Both the position numbers and the translations under genes were made by a program. The notes under the pieces were generated by a model. The model was given only the letters and a program-made list of their open reading frames with translations. It had not been told where the DNA came from and did no database searches. This document shows positions 8,993 through 19,380 of a DNA stretch of 64,000 bases, in pieces. Within the stretch, counting starts at the first letter, position 1, and each line of letters begins with the position of its first letter. Origin of the DNA: Candidatus Omnitrophota bacterium (GTDB taxonomy: Bacteria > Omnitrophota > Gorgyraeia > Tantalellales > Tantalellaceae); NCBI GenBank assembly GCA_043812935.1, contig JBDRLO010000024.1, positions 9,295 to 73,294 on the forward strand, in the 5' to 3' direction.

Positions 8993-11302
8993 ATGAATTT
9001 ACGAAAGACAATAACATGTTCCATGATACTAACCGGCGCTGCCGCGATGGCATCGCAGATAGTATTTTTACGCGAATTTTTAATTGTTTTTTATGGTAAC
9101 GAAATTTCAATAGGTATTATTCTTGCCTGCTGGTTGTTGTGGGGAGCTTTCGGAAGCTGGTTTTTTGGAAGGTTTTCAGACAGGATAAAAGAAAAAATAT
9201 ATGTGTTTGCCATGTGCCAGATTGCTTTGGCACTTATTCTTCCGGCAACACTTCTTGCTATAAGACTAATAAAACCGGTGATGGGAATTGCGACAGGTGA
9301 AATAATCGGGTACGCTCCGATGTTTGTGTCGGCAGTTCTTATCCTGAGTTTTTCGTGCGCTACAATGGGGTTTATGTTCAGTCTTGCATGCCGTATGTAC
9401 CGGGACAACAGCAATGCTCCTGAAACCGCGCTTGCTCATGTTTATATAATGGAGGCGATTGGCGCATTATTGGGCGGGTTTATTGTCAGCGGTTTTATAA
9501 TTAGGTTCATGACGCCTTTAAGTATTTTGTTTTTATTTTCAGTTCTTAATGTATCCGCGTCAATTGTCTTGCGTAATTCCGCGGGAATTGTTTCACATAG
9601 AAAAATTTTAGATTACACGATAACGGTTGTTTTCTTAATAACGGTTGTGGTAATGGCTTTAGGGGGATTGCGTTTATTGCGGGAATTTTCTTTGGCGCAA
9701 TTGTGGAAAGGGTTTGATGTCCTTGAATCCAGGAATTCGATTTATGGGAACATTACAGTTACAAAAAGAGGGAGGGAAACTTCTTTTTATGAAAATGGCT
9801 TGCATTTATATACGGTTCCGGATGATTTTTCTGCTGAACAGGCTGTTCATTTTGCTCTTCTCGAAAATACCGATATCTCAAGGGTGCTTTTAATCGGCGG
9901 CGGTGTCGGAGGGTTACTAAAAGAGATTTTAAAATATCCGGTTGATAGAGTAGATTACGTGGAATTGGATTCTACTATTATTGATGAAGCCGAAAAATAT
10001 CTTGATATCGCGGATGCTTCGTTTCTGAAAGACGCAAGAGTAGCCATTATAAACGAGGACGGACGTTTTTTTGTAAAAAGGACGGATGAAAAATATGATG
10101 CCGTAATAATTAATCTGGGCGATCCGTACACAATACAGCTTAACAGGTTTTATACGGTCGGTTTTTTTAGAGAATTAAATCGTATACTTTCGGATGATGG
10201 AATAGTGTCATTTTCATTAACGTCGTCCGATAATTATATCGGGGATGAATTAAAAGATTATTTGAGTTCAATATATATCAGTGCGTCAAAAGTTTTTCCC
10301 GATGTTTTGCTTATTCCGGGTGATACGGTTTATTTTTTGCTTTCAAACAAACTGAATATTTTGACCGGAGATCCGGAAATTCTTATGACGCGAATGCGGA
10401 ATTTAGGAATTGAAGCTAAATATGTCAGAGAATATTATTTGTTTGATAAACTATCAAAAGAACGCATGCAATATGTTAAAAATGCGGTCGGACAAGATAC
10501 TGACGCAAAATTGAATGAAGATTTCAGGCCTGTTGCGTATTATTACGCAACTTTATTTTGGGGAACGCATTTTGATTCTCCGTTTTTCAGAAAATTTTTA
10601 AGAGGGGTAAAAGTTAAAAATATATGGGTGGTTACGGCAGTTGTATGTTTTTTGATTATAGTATTTAGCGTTGTTGACAGAAAAAAACATGGAAAACGTA
10701 CGGTTTTATTGTCGGTAATGACGACCGGGTTTGCGGAAATAGTTTTTCAGATTGCGGTGCTTCTGTCTTTTCAGGTGATATATGGGTATGTGTTTTATAA
10801 GTTAGGTATAATTTTAACATTTTTTATGGTTGGCCTGGCTTTTGGGGGATGGATAATTTCGAGACATATGAAACATATACAGAATTACATGAAAGTTTTT
10901 AAGTGGACGCAGGTGTGTATTTGTTTTTATCCATTAATTCTTCCACCCGCCTTTTTGTTGCTTGCCAGGTCGCAGTCAGGGGGTGTTTCTTGGATCGGAG
11001 CAAATATTGTTTTTCCGCTGCTTCCGATTATTGCCGGAACAATAGGCGGCATACAGTTTCCGCTTGCGAATAGGATTTATCTTGAAAACTCGGAAGATAT
11101 AGGAAAAGTAGCTGGATTGAGTTATGGATTAGATCTCATGGGGGCATGTTTCGGGTCGCTTTTGGCTGCCGCGTTTTTAATTCCAATATTAGGTGTTTTT
11201 CAGACTTGTTTGTTAACAGCTATTATAAATGTTTCAGTTCTTACAGCGCTTATGTTAGGCCGAAAGCCGGTTTTTGCGTTGCACGTAACACGCAACACGT
11301 AG
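8993..11302 (+). CDS. polytopic membrane protein with embedded spermidine-synthase-like aminopropyltransferase domain
   Basis: many TM segments at both ends; central SpeE-like methyltransferase-fold motifs (VLLIGGGVGG, VDYVELD, INLGDP); C-terminal 8 aa are encoded by the ACGTG repeat block. Confidence 0.65.
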   Translation: MNLRKTITCSMILTGAAAMASQIVFLREFLIVFYGNEISIGIILACWLLWGAFGSWFFGRFSDRIKEKIYVFAMCQIALALILPATLLAIRLIKPVMGIATGEIIGYAPMFVSAVLILSFSCATMGFMFSLACRMYRDNSNAPETALAHVYIMEAIGALLGGFIVSGFIIRFMTPLSILFLFSVLNVSASIVLRNSAGIVSHRKILDYTITVVFLITVVVMALGGLRLLREFSLAQLWKGFDVLESRNSIYGNITVTKRGRETSFYENGLHLYTVPDDFSAEQAVHFALLENTDISRVLLIGGGVGGLLKEILKYPVDRVDYVELDSTIIDEAEKYLDIADASFLKDARVAIINEDGRFFVKRTDEKYDAVIINLGDPYTIQLNRFYTVGFFRELNRILSDDGIVSFSLTSSDNYIGDELKDYLSSIYISASKVFPDVLLIPGDTVYFLLSNKLNILTGDPEILMTRMRNLGIEAKYVREYYLFDKLSKERMQYVKNAVGQDTDAKLNEDFRPVAYYYATLFWGTHFDSPFFRKFLRGVKVKNIWVVTAVVCFLIIVFSVVDRKKHGKRTVLLSVMTTGFAEIVFQIAVLLSFQVIYGYVFYKLGIILTFFMVGLAFGGWIISRHMKHIQNYMKVFKWTQVCICFYPLILPPAFLLLARSQSGGVSWIGANIVFPLLPIIAGTIGGIQFPLANRIYLENSEDIGKVAGLSYGLDLMGACFGSLLAAAFLIPILGVFQTCLLTAIINVSVLTALMLGRKPVFALHVTRNT

Positions 11303-11437
11303 CACGTTAACTGGGGGGGGGCTCGTTGGCCGGTTACTTGCAACGTATTACGTGTAACCTGTAACGTGAGGCGTGCAGCGTGTTACGTGAAACATGCAAC
11401 GTGTAACGTGTAGCCTGAAACGTGCAACGCAACGCAG
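11281..11437. repeat. ACGTG-rich degenerate 8-mer repeat block with imperfect palindromic symmetry and a G9 homopolymer (copy 2 of dispersed family)
   Basis: cacgtaacacgcaacacgtagcacgttaac-tggggggggg-...-cgtgtaacctgtaacgtgaggcgtgcagcgtgttacgtgaaacatgcaacgtgtaacgtgtagcctgaaacgtgcaacgcaacgc; left arm is roughly the reverse complement of right-arm units. Confidence 0.7.
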
Positions 11438-11451
11438 AATAACCCTGTAAC

Positions 11452-12926
11452 ACCAAAGTGATAATGTCCTATTCTACCAAAATAAGAATGTCCTATTTAG
11501 GAGATGCTATAATCGAACTCGAAAGAGGGAGGTATTATGGCGGAGGAGGACATTATCGTGATGAGACAGAAAGAATTGAATCGGTTACACGTGATACAAA
11601 AAGTGATTGAAAGAGAGCTAAAACAAGTTGAAGCGGTGGATATTTTAGGATTGAGTGGTCGGCAGGTACGAAGGATAGTAAAAAGGGTGAGAGAGGAAGG
11701 AGAAAAAGGAATAGTACATAAGTTACGAGGGAAGAAGTCAAAACGAGCAATAGCAGAGAGTCTTCGGAACAATATCATTAGAGTTTATCGTAAAAAGTAT
11801 GAAGATTTTGGACCGACATTGGCCAGTGAAAAGTTATTAGAAAGAGATAAGCTCAAAGTTAGTGATGAGACGTTGAGAAAACTGCTGATAAGAAGTGGAG
11901 ATTGGCAGAAGAAACGAAAGAGAAAGAAACACCGTAAATGGAGACCGAGAAAGCGACATTTTGGAGTTATGGTACAGATGGACGGATCGCATCATGAATG
12001 GTTTGAGGGAAGAGGATCCAAAAGTGTGCTTATGGGATATATTGATGATGCGACAAGTGAAGTATTTGCAAGGTTTTATGAGTATGAGGGCACGATGCCG
12101 GCGATGGAAAGTTTTAAGAGATATGTGAAGAAATACGGTATACCCGGAATGCTATATTTGGACAAGCATCCGACGTATAAGTCGCTAAAGAAGCCAACGG
12201 TGGAAGAACAGTTAAAAAACGAGAAGATGTTAAGTCAGTTTGAGAGAGCGTTGAAAGAGCTGGGAGTAGAAGTAAAACACGCGCATTCGCCGCAGGCAAA
12301 AGGACGAATAGAACGGTTATTTAGGACGTTTCAGGATAGAGTGATAAAGGAGATGAGATTAGCGGGAGTGGGTACGATAGAAGGAGGGAATAAATTCCTC
12401 AGAGGATATTTGCCGAAATACAACAAGCGATTTAAGGTGGACGCTGCGGAAAAAGGAGATATGCACAGGGAAGTACCTGAGTGTGTAGATTTAGAGAGGA
12501 TACTATGTAAAAAGACGGTACGTACGGTACGAAACGACAATACAGTAGCAAACAATAAAAGGCTGTATCAAATAGAAGAATATGTGGGAACAAAGAAAAA
12601 GGTGGTAGTTGAAGAGAGAACAAATGGGAAGATAGTGATAGCCAATAGCGAGAAGAAGTTGAGATACAGGGAGATAAAAGAAAGACCCGAGAGAACAGTT
12701 AAGAAACCAGCAAAACAGGACAAATTGAAAAGAAAAGTAGCATATAAGCCGGAGGAAGACCACCCCTGGAAAAAATGGATAGAAAGAGGTTATCCACAGA
12801 ATCCAAGTTATCAACAAAGAAAGAAAAAAGAAGCAAAAAAGAAAGAAAAGCTACTGCTGCTGGTGCATTAATAAAAACAAAACCGGACACTCTTACTTTG
12901 GTAAAAACCGGACATTCTTACTTTGG
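11452..12926 (+). mobile_element. insertion sequence (~1.47 kb), ISNCY/IS1202-like, with tandemly duplicated terminal inverted repeats
   Basis: left end CCAAAGTGATAATGTCC + CCAAAATAAGAATGTCC; right end (reverse complement) CCAAAGTAAGAATGTCC + CCAAAGTAAGAGTGTCC; single transposase ORF between. Confidence 0.75.
11537..12871 (+). CDS. IS transposase (N-terminal HTH + DDE-type core; ISNCY-family-like)
   Basis: N-terminus ELNRLHVIQKVIERELKQVEAVDILGLSGRQVRRIVKRVREEG typical of ISNCY/IS1202-group transposases; 444 aa; RBS gggagg. Confidence 0.7.
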   Translation: MAEEDIIVMRQKELNRLHVIQKVIERELKQVEAVDILGLSGRQVRRIVKRVREEGEKGIVHKLRGKKSKRAIAESLRNNIIRVYRKKYEDFGPTLASEKLLERDKLKVSDETLRKLLIRSGDWQKKRKRKKHRKWRPRKRHFGVMVQMDGSHHEWFEGRGSKSVLMGYIDDATSEVFARFYEYEGTMPAMESFKRYVKKYGIPGMLYLDKHPTYKSLKKPTVEEQLKNEKMLSQFERALKELGVEVKHAHSPQAKGRIERLFRTFQDRVIKEMRLAGVGTIEGGNKFLRGYLPKYNKRFKVDAAEKGDMHREVPECVDLERILCKKTVRTVRNDNTVANNKRLYQIEEYVGTKKKVVVEERTNGKIVIANSEKKLRYREIKERPERTVKKPAKQDKLKRKVAYKPEEDHPWKKWIERGYPQNPSYQQRKKKEAKKKEKLLLLVH

Positions 12927-13044
12927 CTTGACACAGCCGGTTATATCAGTTGGATTTTGTCCGGGATTACGTATAATGTGGCATTTTGGACACTTTTTAT
13001 TATGATTATTGTTATATAATTCGTCTTGTGTTAAAATTAGCCTT

Positions 13045-15837
13045 ATGAGTAAGTCATATATTATTGTAAAAGGAGCCAGAGAACATAATCTCAAGGGAAT
13101 AGATGTTGCGATTCCGCGCGATGCCATGTGTGTTATTACCGGGCTTTCAGGGTCAGGTAAATCATCGCTTGCGTTTGATACCATATATGCGGAAGGCCAG
13201 CGCAGGTATGTGGAATCTCTTTCCAGTTATGCGAGGCAGTTTATTGAACAATTGCAGAAACCTCATATAGATTTTGTTGAAGGGTTGTCGCCGACTATCA
13301 GTATTGAACAGAGGTCCGGAGGACGAAATCCTAGGTCAACTGTTGGAACTCAAACAGAAATTTATGATTATTTAAGAGTTCTTTTTGCGAAAATCGGTGT
13401 GCAGTGTTGTCCAAAATGCGGAAAAGAAATATCAGGACAAAGTTCGCAGGAAATTGTTGATGGGATAATAGCGTTGGGTGAAGATAAAGAATTAATGATA
13501 CTTGCTCCGTTAGTCAGGGGAAGAAAAGGAGAACACGTTGAAATTATGAAAGGGGCAAGGAAAGACGGGCTTGTTCGAATACGCCTGGACGGAAAAATAG
13601 TTGAAATTGGAGACAGAATTCCGAGTTTAAACAAAAAGGTAAAACATACCATTGAAGCGGTAGTTGACAGGATTGTTCTTAAAAAAGGTATCCGGTCGCG
13701 TTTGTCGGATTCTGTTGAAGTGGCGTTAAAACTTGGTGATGGTGTTATTATTGTGAGTTTGGCGGACAAAAACAAGGATTTTAACCGGGATATTTTATTT
13801 AGCGAGAAAAATGCCTGCGTTAAATGCGGGTTAAGTTTTGAAAAGTTGTCTCCTCGTAATTTTTCGTTTAACAGCCCTTATGGCGCGTGTCCGTTGTGCA
13901 ATGGTTTAGGTAATAAAATGCATATAGATCCGGAACTGATAGTTCCAGATAAAAAAGAACCGTTATTAAGAGCGGTTCTTCCGTGGCGGCGCGGAGGTAG
14001 AGGAATTATTTTGCATTACAGACGTCAGCTCCGCCGGTTAGCGCGGTATCATGGGTTTGATTATGATTTTCCGTTTGAAAGCCTTACAGCCAAACAAAAG
14101 CGGATGGTACTCTATGGTGACCCGGAGTCCGGGTTTGAAGGTGTTATCCCGAATCTTGAACGGAGGTTTCATCATTCGGAAAGTGATTTTATCAAAGAGC
14201 TGATAAGCTCGTTTATGTCTGTGCAGAAGTGTCCTGAGTGTAACGGACAAAGGCTGCGTTCTGAATCGCGCAATGTGTTCATTGACGGAAAAAATATCTC
14301 GGAAGTTTGTGAGATGTCTATAAAAAGCGCGGCTGAATATTTTAAAGCGTTAAACCTGGACAAAATGAGTAAAGAAATTGCGGAAGAGGCACTCAAAGAA
14401 ATTGAGTTGCGTCTTGATTTTATGAAAAATGTGGGTTTAGAATATTTAACTTTGGATAGAAAAAGTAACACGCTTTCAGGCGGAGAAGATCAGAGGATTC
14501 GGCTTGCTACGCAAATTGGCGCAGGGTTAGTCGGTGTTTTATATGTTTTGGATGAACCTAGTATCGGTCTTCACCAGAAGGATAACAGTAAACTTCTGGA
14601 TACTCTCATGGCACTCAGGGATTTAGGCAATACTCTAATTGTGGTTGAACATGATGAATTGACGATACGTAAAGCCGATTATGTTATCGATTTGGGACCC
14701 GGCGCCGGTGAACATGGCGGTGAAATTGTGGCGCAGGGCGCGGTTGAAGATATCCTGAAAAATGAAAGGTCTCTTACCGGAAAATATTTACGCGGAGATT
14801 TAAAAATTAGTGTGCCTGAAACGCGCCGGGAACGCAATAAAAAAAAACAGCTTGAAATTATTGGAGCGGCCGAGCATAATCTAAAGAATGTCGATATAAC
14901 GATTCCGTTGGGGCTTTTTAATTGTGTAACAGGTGTTTCAGGCTCGGGAAAAAGCACGCTTGTTGATGAAATTTTGTATCGTGCGTTAGCGAGAAAATTG
15001 TATAGGTCAAAACTTAAACCGGGAAAACACAAAACCATCAAAGGAATTGCGAATATTGATAAAGTTATAGTAATTGACCAGTCTCCGATCGGCAGGACTC
15101 CAAGGTCGAATCCTACCACATATACCGGGGCGTTTGATCCGATACGTAAATTGTTCAGTTCTTTGCCCGAGTCACGTATGAGAGGGTATAAGCCGGGCAG
15201 GTTTAGTTTTAACGTAAAAGGCGGGCGGTGTGAAGCGTGTCAGGGGGACGGGCTTAAGAAAATTGAAATGCATTTTTTGCCTGATGTTTATGTTGAGTGT
15301 CAAATTTGCGGAGGAAAAAGGTTTAATGACCAGACACTCGAAATAAAATATAAAGGATATACGATTTCAGATATACTTGCGCTTAGTGTTGAAGATGCTT
15401 TGAAAGTTTTTGAGAACATTCCTCCGATAAAAAATAAATTGCAGACTTTAAATGATGTTGGGTTGGGGTATATTCGATTAGGACAACAGGCAACAACATT
15501 GTCAGGAGGTGAAGCGCAGCGTATAAAACTGGCAACAGAATTGTCTAAGACCGCGACAGGTAAAACTTTGTATATACTTGACGAACCAACTACAGGGCTG
15601 CATTTCGCGGATATTCATAAACTGTTGGATGTCTTGCACAAATTGGTTTCAGCAGGGAATACGGTGCTGGTAATCGAGCATAATCTGGATGTGATTAAAT
15701 CTTCGGATTATGTGATAGATCTAGGCCCTGAGGGCGGGGATAAAGGCGGCGAATTAGTTGCTTGCGGTACTCCTGAAAAAATTGCTTCAGATAAACGGTC
15801 ATATACCGGTATGTATTTAAAAGAAATGTTAGTTTAA
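13045..15837 (+). CDS. uvrA: excinuclease ABC subunit A
   Basis: two ABC ATPase modules ([18 protein letters not shown]), zinc-finger Cys clusters, about 930 aa; true start likely ATG at 13045 ([17 protein letters not shown]). Confidence 0.95.
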   Translation: MSKSYIIVKGAREHNLKGIDVAIPRDAMCVITGLSGSGKSSLAFDTIYAEGQRRYVESLSSYARQFIEQLQKPHIDFVEGLSPTISIEQRSGGRNPRSTVGTQTEIYDYLRVLFAKIGVQCCPKCGKEISGQSSQEIVDGIIALGEDKELMILAPLVRGRKGEHVEIMKGARKDGLVRIRLDGKIVEIGDRIPSLNKKVKHTIEAVVDRIVLKKGIRSRLSDSVEVALKLGDGVIIVSLADKNKDFNRDILFSEKNACVKCGLSFEKLSPRNFSFNSPYGACPLCNGLGNKMHIDPELIVPDKKEPLLRAVLPWRRGGRGIILHYRRQLRRLARYHGFDYDFPFESLTAKQKRMVLYGDPESGFEGVIPNLERRFHHSESDFIKELISSFMSVQKCPECNGQRLRSESRNVFIDGKNISEVCEMSIKSAAEYFKALNLDKMSKEIAEEALKEIELRLDFMKNVGLEYLTLDRKSNTLSGGEDQRIRLATQIGAGLVGVLYVLDEPSIGLHQKDNSKLLDTLMALRDLGNTLIVVEHDELTIRKADYVIDLGPGAGEHGGEIVAQGAVEDILKNERSLTGKYLRGDLKISVPETRRERNKKKQLEIIGAAEHNLKNVDITIPLGLFNCVTGVSGSGKSTLVDEILYRALARKLYRSKLKPGKHKTIKGIANIDKVIVIDQSPIGRTPRSNPTTYTGAFDPIRKLFSSLPESRMRGYKPGRFSFNVKGGRCEACQGDGLKKIEMHFLPDVYVECQICGGKRFNDQTLEIKYKGYTISDILALSVEDALKVFENIPPIKNKLQTLNDVGLGYIRLGQQATTLSGGEAQRIKLATELSKTATGKTLYILDEPTTGLHFADIHKLLDVLHKLVSAGNTVLVIEHNLDVIKSSDYVIDLGPEGGDKGGELVACGTPEKIASDKRSYTGMYLKEMLV

Positions 15838-15868
15838 CGGGTTTACGCGGTAATCGTATAGAACAATA

Positions 15869-18328
15869 ATGATGAATAAAATATTTTTTAACATAGTGTT
15901 TACTGTTTTTTTGTTTGTGGCCGGTTCAGCTGTTTTGCAGGCGGAAGAAGTTTCGGTAAGGTCGGAACTTGATTTTGTCAAAAGAGCGGTTAAAGACGGG
16001 TTTTGTGATATAGCGGAAAACAAACTAAATATGCTTTTAGGCCTTAATATCTCTAAGGCAACACAGGCGGAAGCTCATTTTCTTCGAGGAAGAGTCTATT
16101 ATGAAAGAGCTTTGCCGGCAAACGCAATAGCTGAGTTTAACATTGTGATGGAAAGGTTTAATGAGAGTGAATTTACGGAACACGCTGTTTACTGGACTGC
16201 AGAGGTATATTTTAAAGAAAAAAATTATGAGCAGGCGTTGGTGTTTTATAATCTACTCGTAACAAATTATCCTGCCAGTGAATATGTCCCGTATTCTGTT
16301 TATTCGGAGGCATGGTGTTATGAAAAACTGGGCGAATATGTCATGGCAGTTGAAATGTTTGATGAAGTCTGCCGAAAATATAGCCGAACGGATTTAGCTA
16401 TAAAAGCGTTATATCAATCTGCTGAGGTGTTATACCATACAAATAAATACAAAAAGGCGCTTTTAAGACTGGAAGATTTTTTAAGCAAATACCCCGTAAA
16501 TGAACGGGTTTTTGACGCTTATTATCTTTTGGGAGATTGTTTTTATAAATTGGGAGATTTTAATAAAGCGGTTGAAAACTTTGCAAACGCGCTTAGTAGT
16601 ACTTCTAATAATCCATGGAAGGCGTTAGCGGAATATAAAACTGCCAAGGCGTATCTTTATCAGGGAAAAAGTGATTTAAGCGAAAAATGTTTTGAAAAAG
16701 CGGCTTCGGAAAGCGATGATTCTGTGATAGAAAGCGCGGCATTAATGGGCGCGGCGCAGATAAGTTTTGAAAAAGGCGATTGGGACAAAGCTTTGTCAAA
16801 GTATCGCCGGATAGTTGACGATATTCCGGATAATGAATGGACGGATGATGCGTATTATTGGATAGGAGAAGTATTGTATAAAAAAAATGAGGCTTTGGAA
16901 GCGATAAAAATTTATAACAAAGCTTTAGAGAAATTTCCAAACGGTGAGTTGTCTGAGCAAATACATTATAATCTTGCGTGGTTATATTTAGCGGTGGATG
17001 AAGAACAAAAAGCGCTGGAGCAATATGAAATTACCGTGGATGTGGCAGAGAAGGAAGATTTGGTTGTGAACGCTTTATGCAGTATGGGCGCTATTTTTTT
17101 AAGCCGGGGAAATTATGAAAAAGCGTTTAATACATATGATAAAGTACTTCGGGATTTCCCCAGGAGCATATTGGCGGATCACGCGCAGTATGAAATTGGA
17201 GTTGTTTTGGAAAAAATGGGCAGGAAAGATGCCGCGATATTGTCGTTTCAGTCGTTGATTGTGAATTTTCCAAGGTCCGCGTTACGGGATAAAGTTCATT
17301 ATCAATTGGGTCTTTTGTATGGGCAGAAAGGTGATTATGCCACAGCTGCGTTACAATTTGATCTGGTAACCCAAAAAGCGTCAAATGCCAATTTCAGGCT
17401 TGATGCGTTTTTGCAAAAAGCCAATTCTTTTTATAACGGCGGTAATTATGCTGACGCAATAAGGATTTATGAAGATATTATGAAAAGCTCAAAAGACAAA
17501 AAATCTCTTTTGAAAGCAAGGTATCATGCCGGATGGACATATTATAAAATGGGTAATCCCAAAAAAGCGTTAGAAATTTTCAAGCAGCTTATGAAAGAAA
17601 CTGACGATAAAGTTTTGGCCGCCGGCATAAAATTATGGTTCGGTGAATATTTTTACAATAGCGGGAATTTTAATAACGCGAAAAAATATTTTCAGGAAGT
17701 AATAGATGAGTTTTCACAAACATCTTTCGCCGATGACGCTGCATATTGGCTTGGCTGGGTTTTTTATGATACGGGCATGGAAGATAATGCATTAGAGCAG
17801 TTTGAGGCCATAGTTAACGAAAGGCCGGACAGCCGATGGGCGCCTCAGGCAATACTTGCGTTGGGTGATATTTATAAGAAGAAAAGCGTGTACAGTAAAG
17901 CTATCCCTCAGTATGAAAAGCTTATACAGCGGTATCCCGGCAACAGGGTAACCATAATAGCAAATACGCGGATTGGAACAATATTAAAAGATCAAAATAA
18001 CTATACTCTTGCGATTGAATATTTTAAAGTGGCGCGTACCGAAGAAAACTCCGAAATGAACGCGCAGATTCAGTTTGATCTTGCCGAATGTTATCGTAAT
18101 TCCGGAATGGAAAACAAGGCTGTTGAAGAATATCTGAAAGTAGAATATAAATACCCCGCGGGAAAATTTTGGGTGATGAGGGCTCTTTTTAAATGTGTTG
18201 AATTGTTGGAAAAACATGGGAAAGACGAAAGAGCATTTAAATTGTATCAAAAATTGTCGGAAGGTACAGGCCCTGAGGCAGAATATGCCAAAAACAGGAT
18301 TAGCCTGTATAGTTTACGGGAAAAATAA
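15869..18328 (+). CDS. secreted tetratricopeptide (TPR) repeat protein, YbgF/CpoB- or BamD-like repeats
   Basis: N-terminal signal peptide; more than 15 TPR-like repeats with recurring A..Y..G..Y..A spacing. Confidence 0.7.
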   Translation: MMNKIFFNIVFTVFLFVAGSAVLQAEEVSVRSELDFVKRAVKDGFCDIAENKLNMLLGLNISKATQAEAHFLRGRVYYERALPANAIAEFNIVMERFNESEFTEHAVYWTAEVYFKEKNYEQALVFYNLLVTNYPASEYVPYSVYSEAWCYEKLGEYVMAVEMFDEVCRKYSRTDLAIKALYQSAEVLYHTNKYKKALLRLEDFLSKYPVNERVFDAYYLLGDCFYKLGDFNKAVENFANALSSTSNNPWKALAEYKTAKAYLYQGKSDLSEKCFEKAASESDDSVIESAALMGAAQISFEKGDWDKALSKYRRIVDDIPDNEWTDDAYYWIGEVLYKKNEALEAIKIYNKALEKFPNGELSEQIHYNLAWLYLAVDEEQKALEQYEITVDVAEKEDLVVNALCSMGAIFLSRGNYEKAFNTYDKVLRDFPRSILADHAQYEIGVVLEKMGRKDAAILSFQSLIVNFPRSALRDKVHYQLGLLYGQKGDYATAALQFDLVTQKASNANFRLDAFLQKANSFYNGGNYADAIRIYEDIMKSSKDKKSLLKARYHAGWTYYKMGNPKKALEIFKQLMKETDDKVLAAGIKLWFGEYFYNSGNFNNAKKYFQEVIDEFSQTSFADDAAYWLGWVFYDTGMEDNALEQFEAIVNERPDSRWAPQAILALGDIYKKKSVYSKAIPQYEKLIQRYPGNRVTIIANTRIGTILKDQNNYTLAIEYFKVARTEENSEMNAQIQFDLAECYRNSGMENKAVEEYLKVEYKYPAGKFWVMRALFKCVELLEKHGKDERAFKLYQKLSEGTGPEAEYAKNRISLYSLREK

Positions 18329-18342
18329 AAGGAGGAAAAAAT

Positions 18343-18975
18343 ATGTGGCAGCTTATGGTCAAAGGCGGTCCGCTGATGTTTCTGATAGTGCTGTGTTCAG
18401 TTATTGCTTTCGCAGTGGTTTTGGAAAGATTATGGCATTTATGGCGTGCAAGAATTAATACCGAAGGGTTCATGGAAGATATTGCCGAAACTTTGAAAAG
18501 AAATAAAATTATGACGGCAATTGATAAATGTAATGTTATGCCGGGTCCGATTGCGCAGATACTGAAAGCCGGGATATTGAAACATGACCGTCCGAGGCCG
18601 GAAATTAAAGAAGCAATAGAAGACGCGGGGTTACATGAAGTGCCTCGTCTGGAAAAGAATTTAGGTGTGTTGGCGACAATTGCGCACGTTGCGCCTCTTT
18701 TGGGGCTTTTAGGGACAGTTACCGGTATGGTACGGGCTTTTCAGGTTATAGAACAAAAAGCGGGGGTTATGACTCCCGTTAATCCCGGAGACCTGGCCGG
18801 GGGTATTTGGGAAGCGTTGATTACTACTGTAGCCGGACTTGCTGTGGCTATCCCAACGTATGTTGCTTATAATTTTTTAGTAACAAAAGTTGATGGTTTT
18901 GTTTTAGAAATGGAAAAAAGCGCGACAGATCTTGTTAACATATTAGGCGCGAAAAGAGACGAAGATGAAATTTAA
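18343..18975 (+). CDS. MotA/TolQ/ExbB proton-channel family protein
   Basis: 3 TM segments, conserved GLLGTVTGM and C-terminal TM; 210 aa. Confidence 0.85.
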   Translation: MWQLMVKGGPLMFLIVLCSVIAFAVVLERLWHLWRARINTEGFMEDIAETLKRNKIMTAIDKCNVMPGPIAQILKAGILKHDRPRPEIKEAIEDAGLHEVPRLEKNLGVLATIAHVAPLLGLLGTVTGMVRAFQVIEQKAGVMTPVNPGDLAGGIWEALITTVAGLAVAIPTYVAYNFLVTKVDGFVLEMEKSATDLVNILGAKRDEDEI

Positions 18976-19357
18976 AAGAAAAGTATTTTTGGAAAAAGGC
19001 CGGTTGGATATAGCACCTTTAATTGATGTTGTTTTCCTGCTTTTAATATTTTTTATGCTGACGTCAAGTTTTGTTTTTCAGCCTGGTATTAGAGTGAATC
19101 TGCCGAAGGCGGTTACAAGTGAAGTTTTGCATAAAGAACTGTTGGTGGTAACTATTACGGGTGAAAACAAAGTTTTTATAAATGAACGTCCGGTTAAATC
19201 GGATGAGCTTGTTTCCCGCATAACGGTAGCGGCGCGTGAAGATCAGCCGCTGTTGATAAAAGCTGATAAAGAGTCAAATTTAGGTAAAGCCATAGAAGTT
19301 TGGGATATCTGCCGTCAGATGAATGTTAAACAAATAAACATAGCTACTACACAATAG
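18965..19357 (+). CDS. ExbD/TolR biopolymer transport protein
   Basis: 130 aa, single N-terminal TM (IAPLIDVVFLLLIFFML) plus periplasmic domain; overlaps upstream gene. Confidence 0.85.
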   Translation: MKFKRKVFLEKGRLDIAPLIDVVFLLLIFFMLTSSFVFQPGIRVNLPKAVTSEVLHKELLVVTITGENKVFINERPVKSDELVSRITVAAREDQPLLIKADKESNLGKAIEVWDICRQMNVKQINIATTQ

Positions 19358-19380
19358 CGGTAATTATATAACAGCCAATT

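Noticed and set aside
13009-13044. N-terminal 12-codon extension of UvrA from a TTG start
   Set aside because: UvrA orthologues begin at the [17 protein letters not shown]-type motif; the ATG at 13045 is the better start
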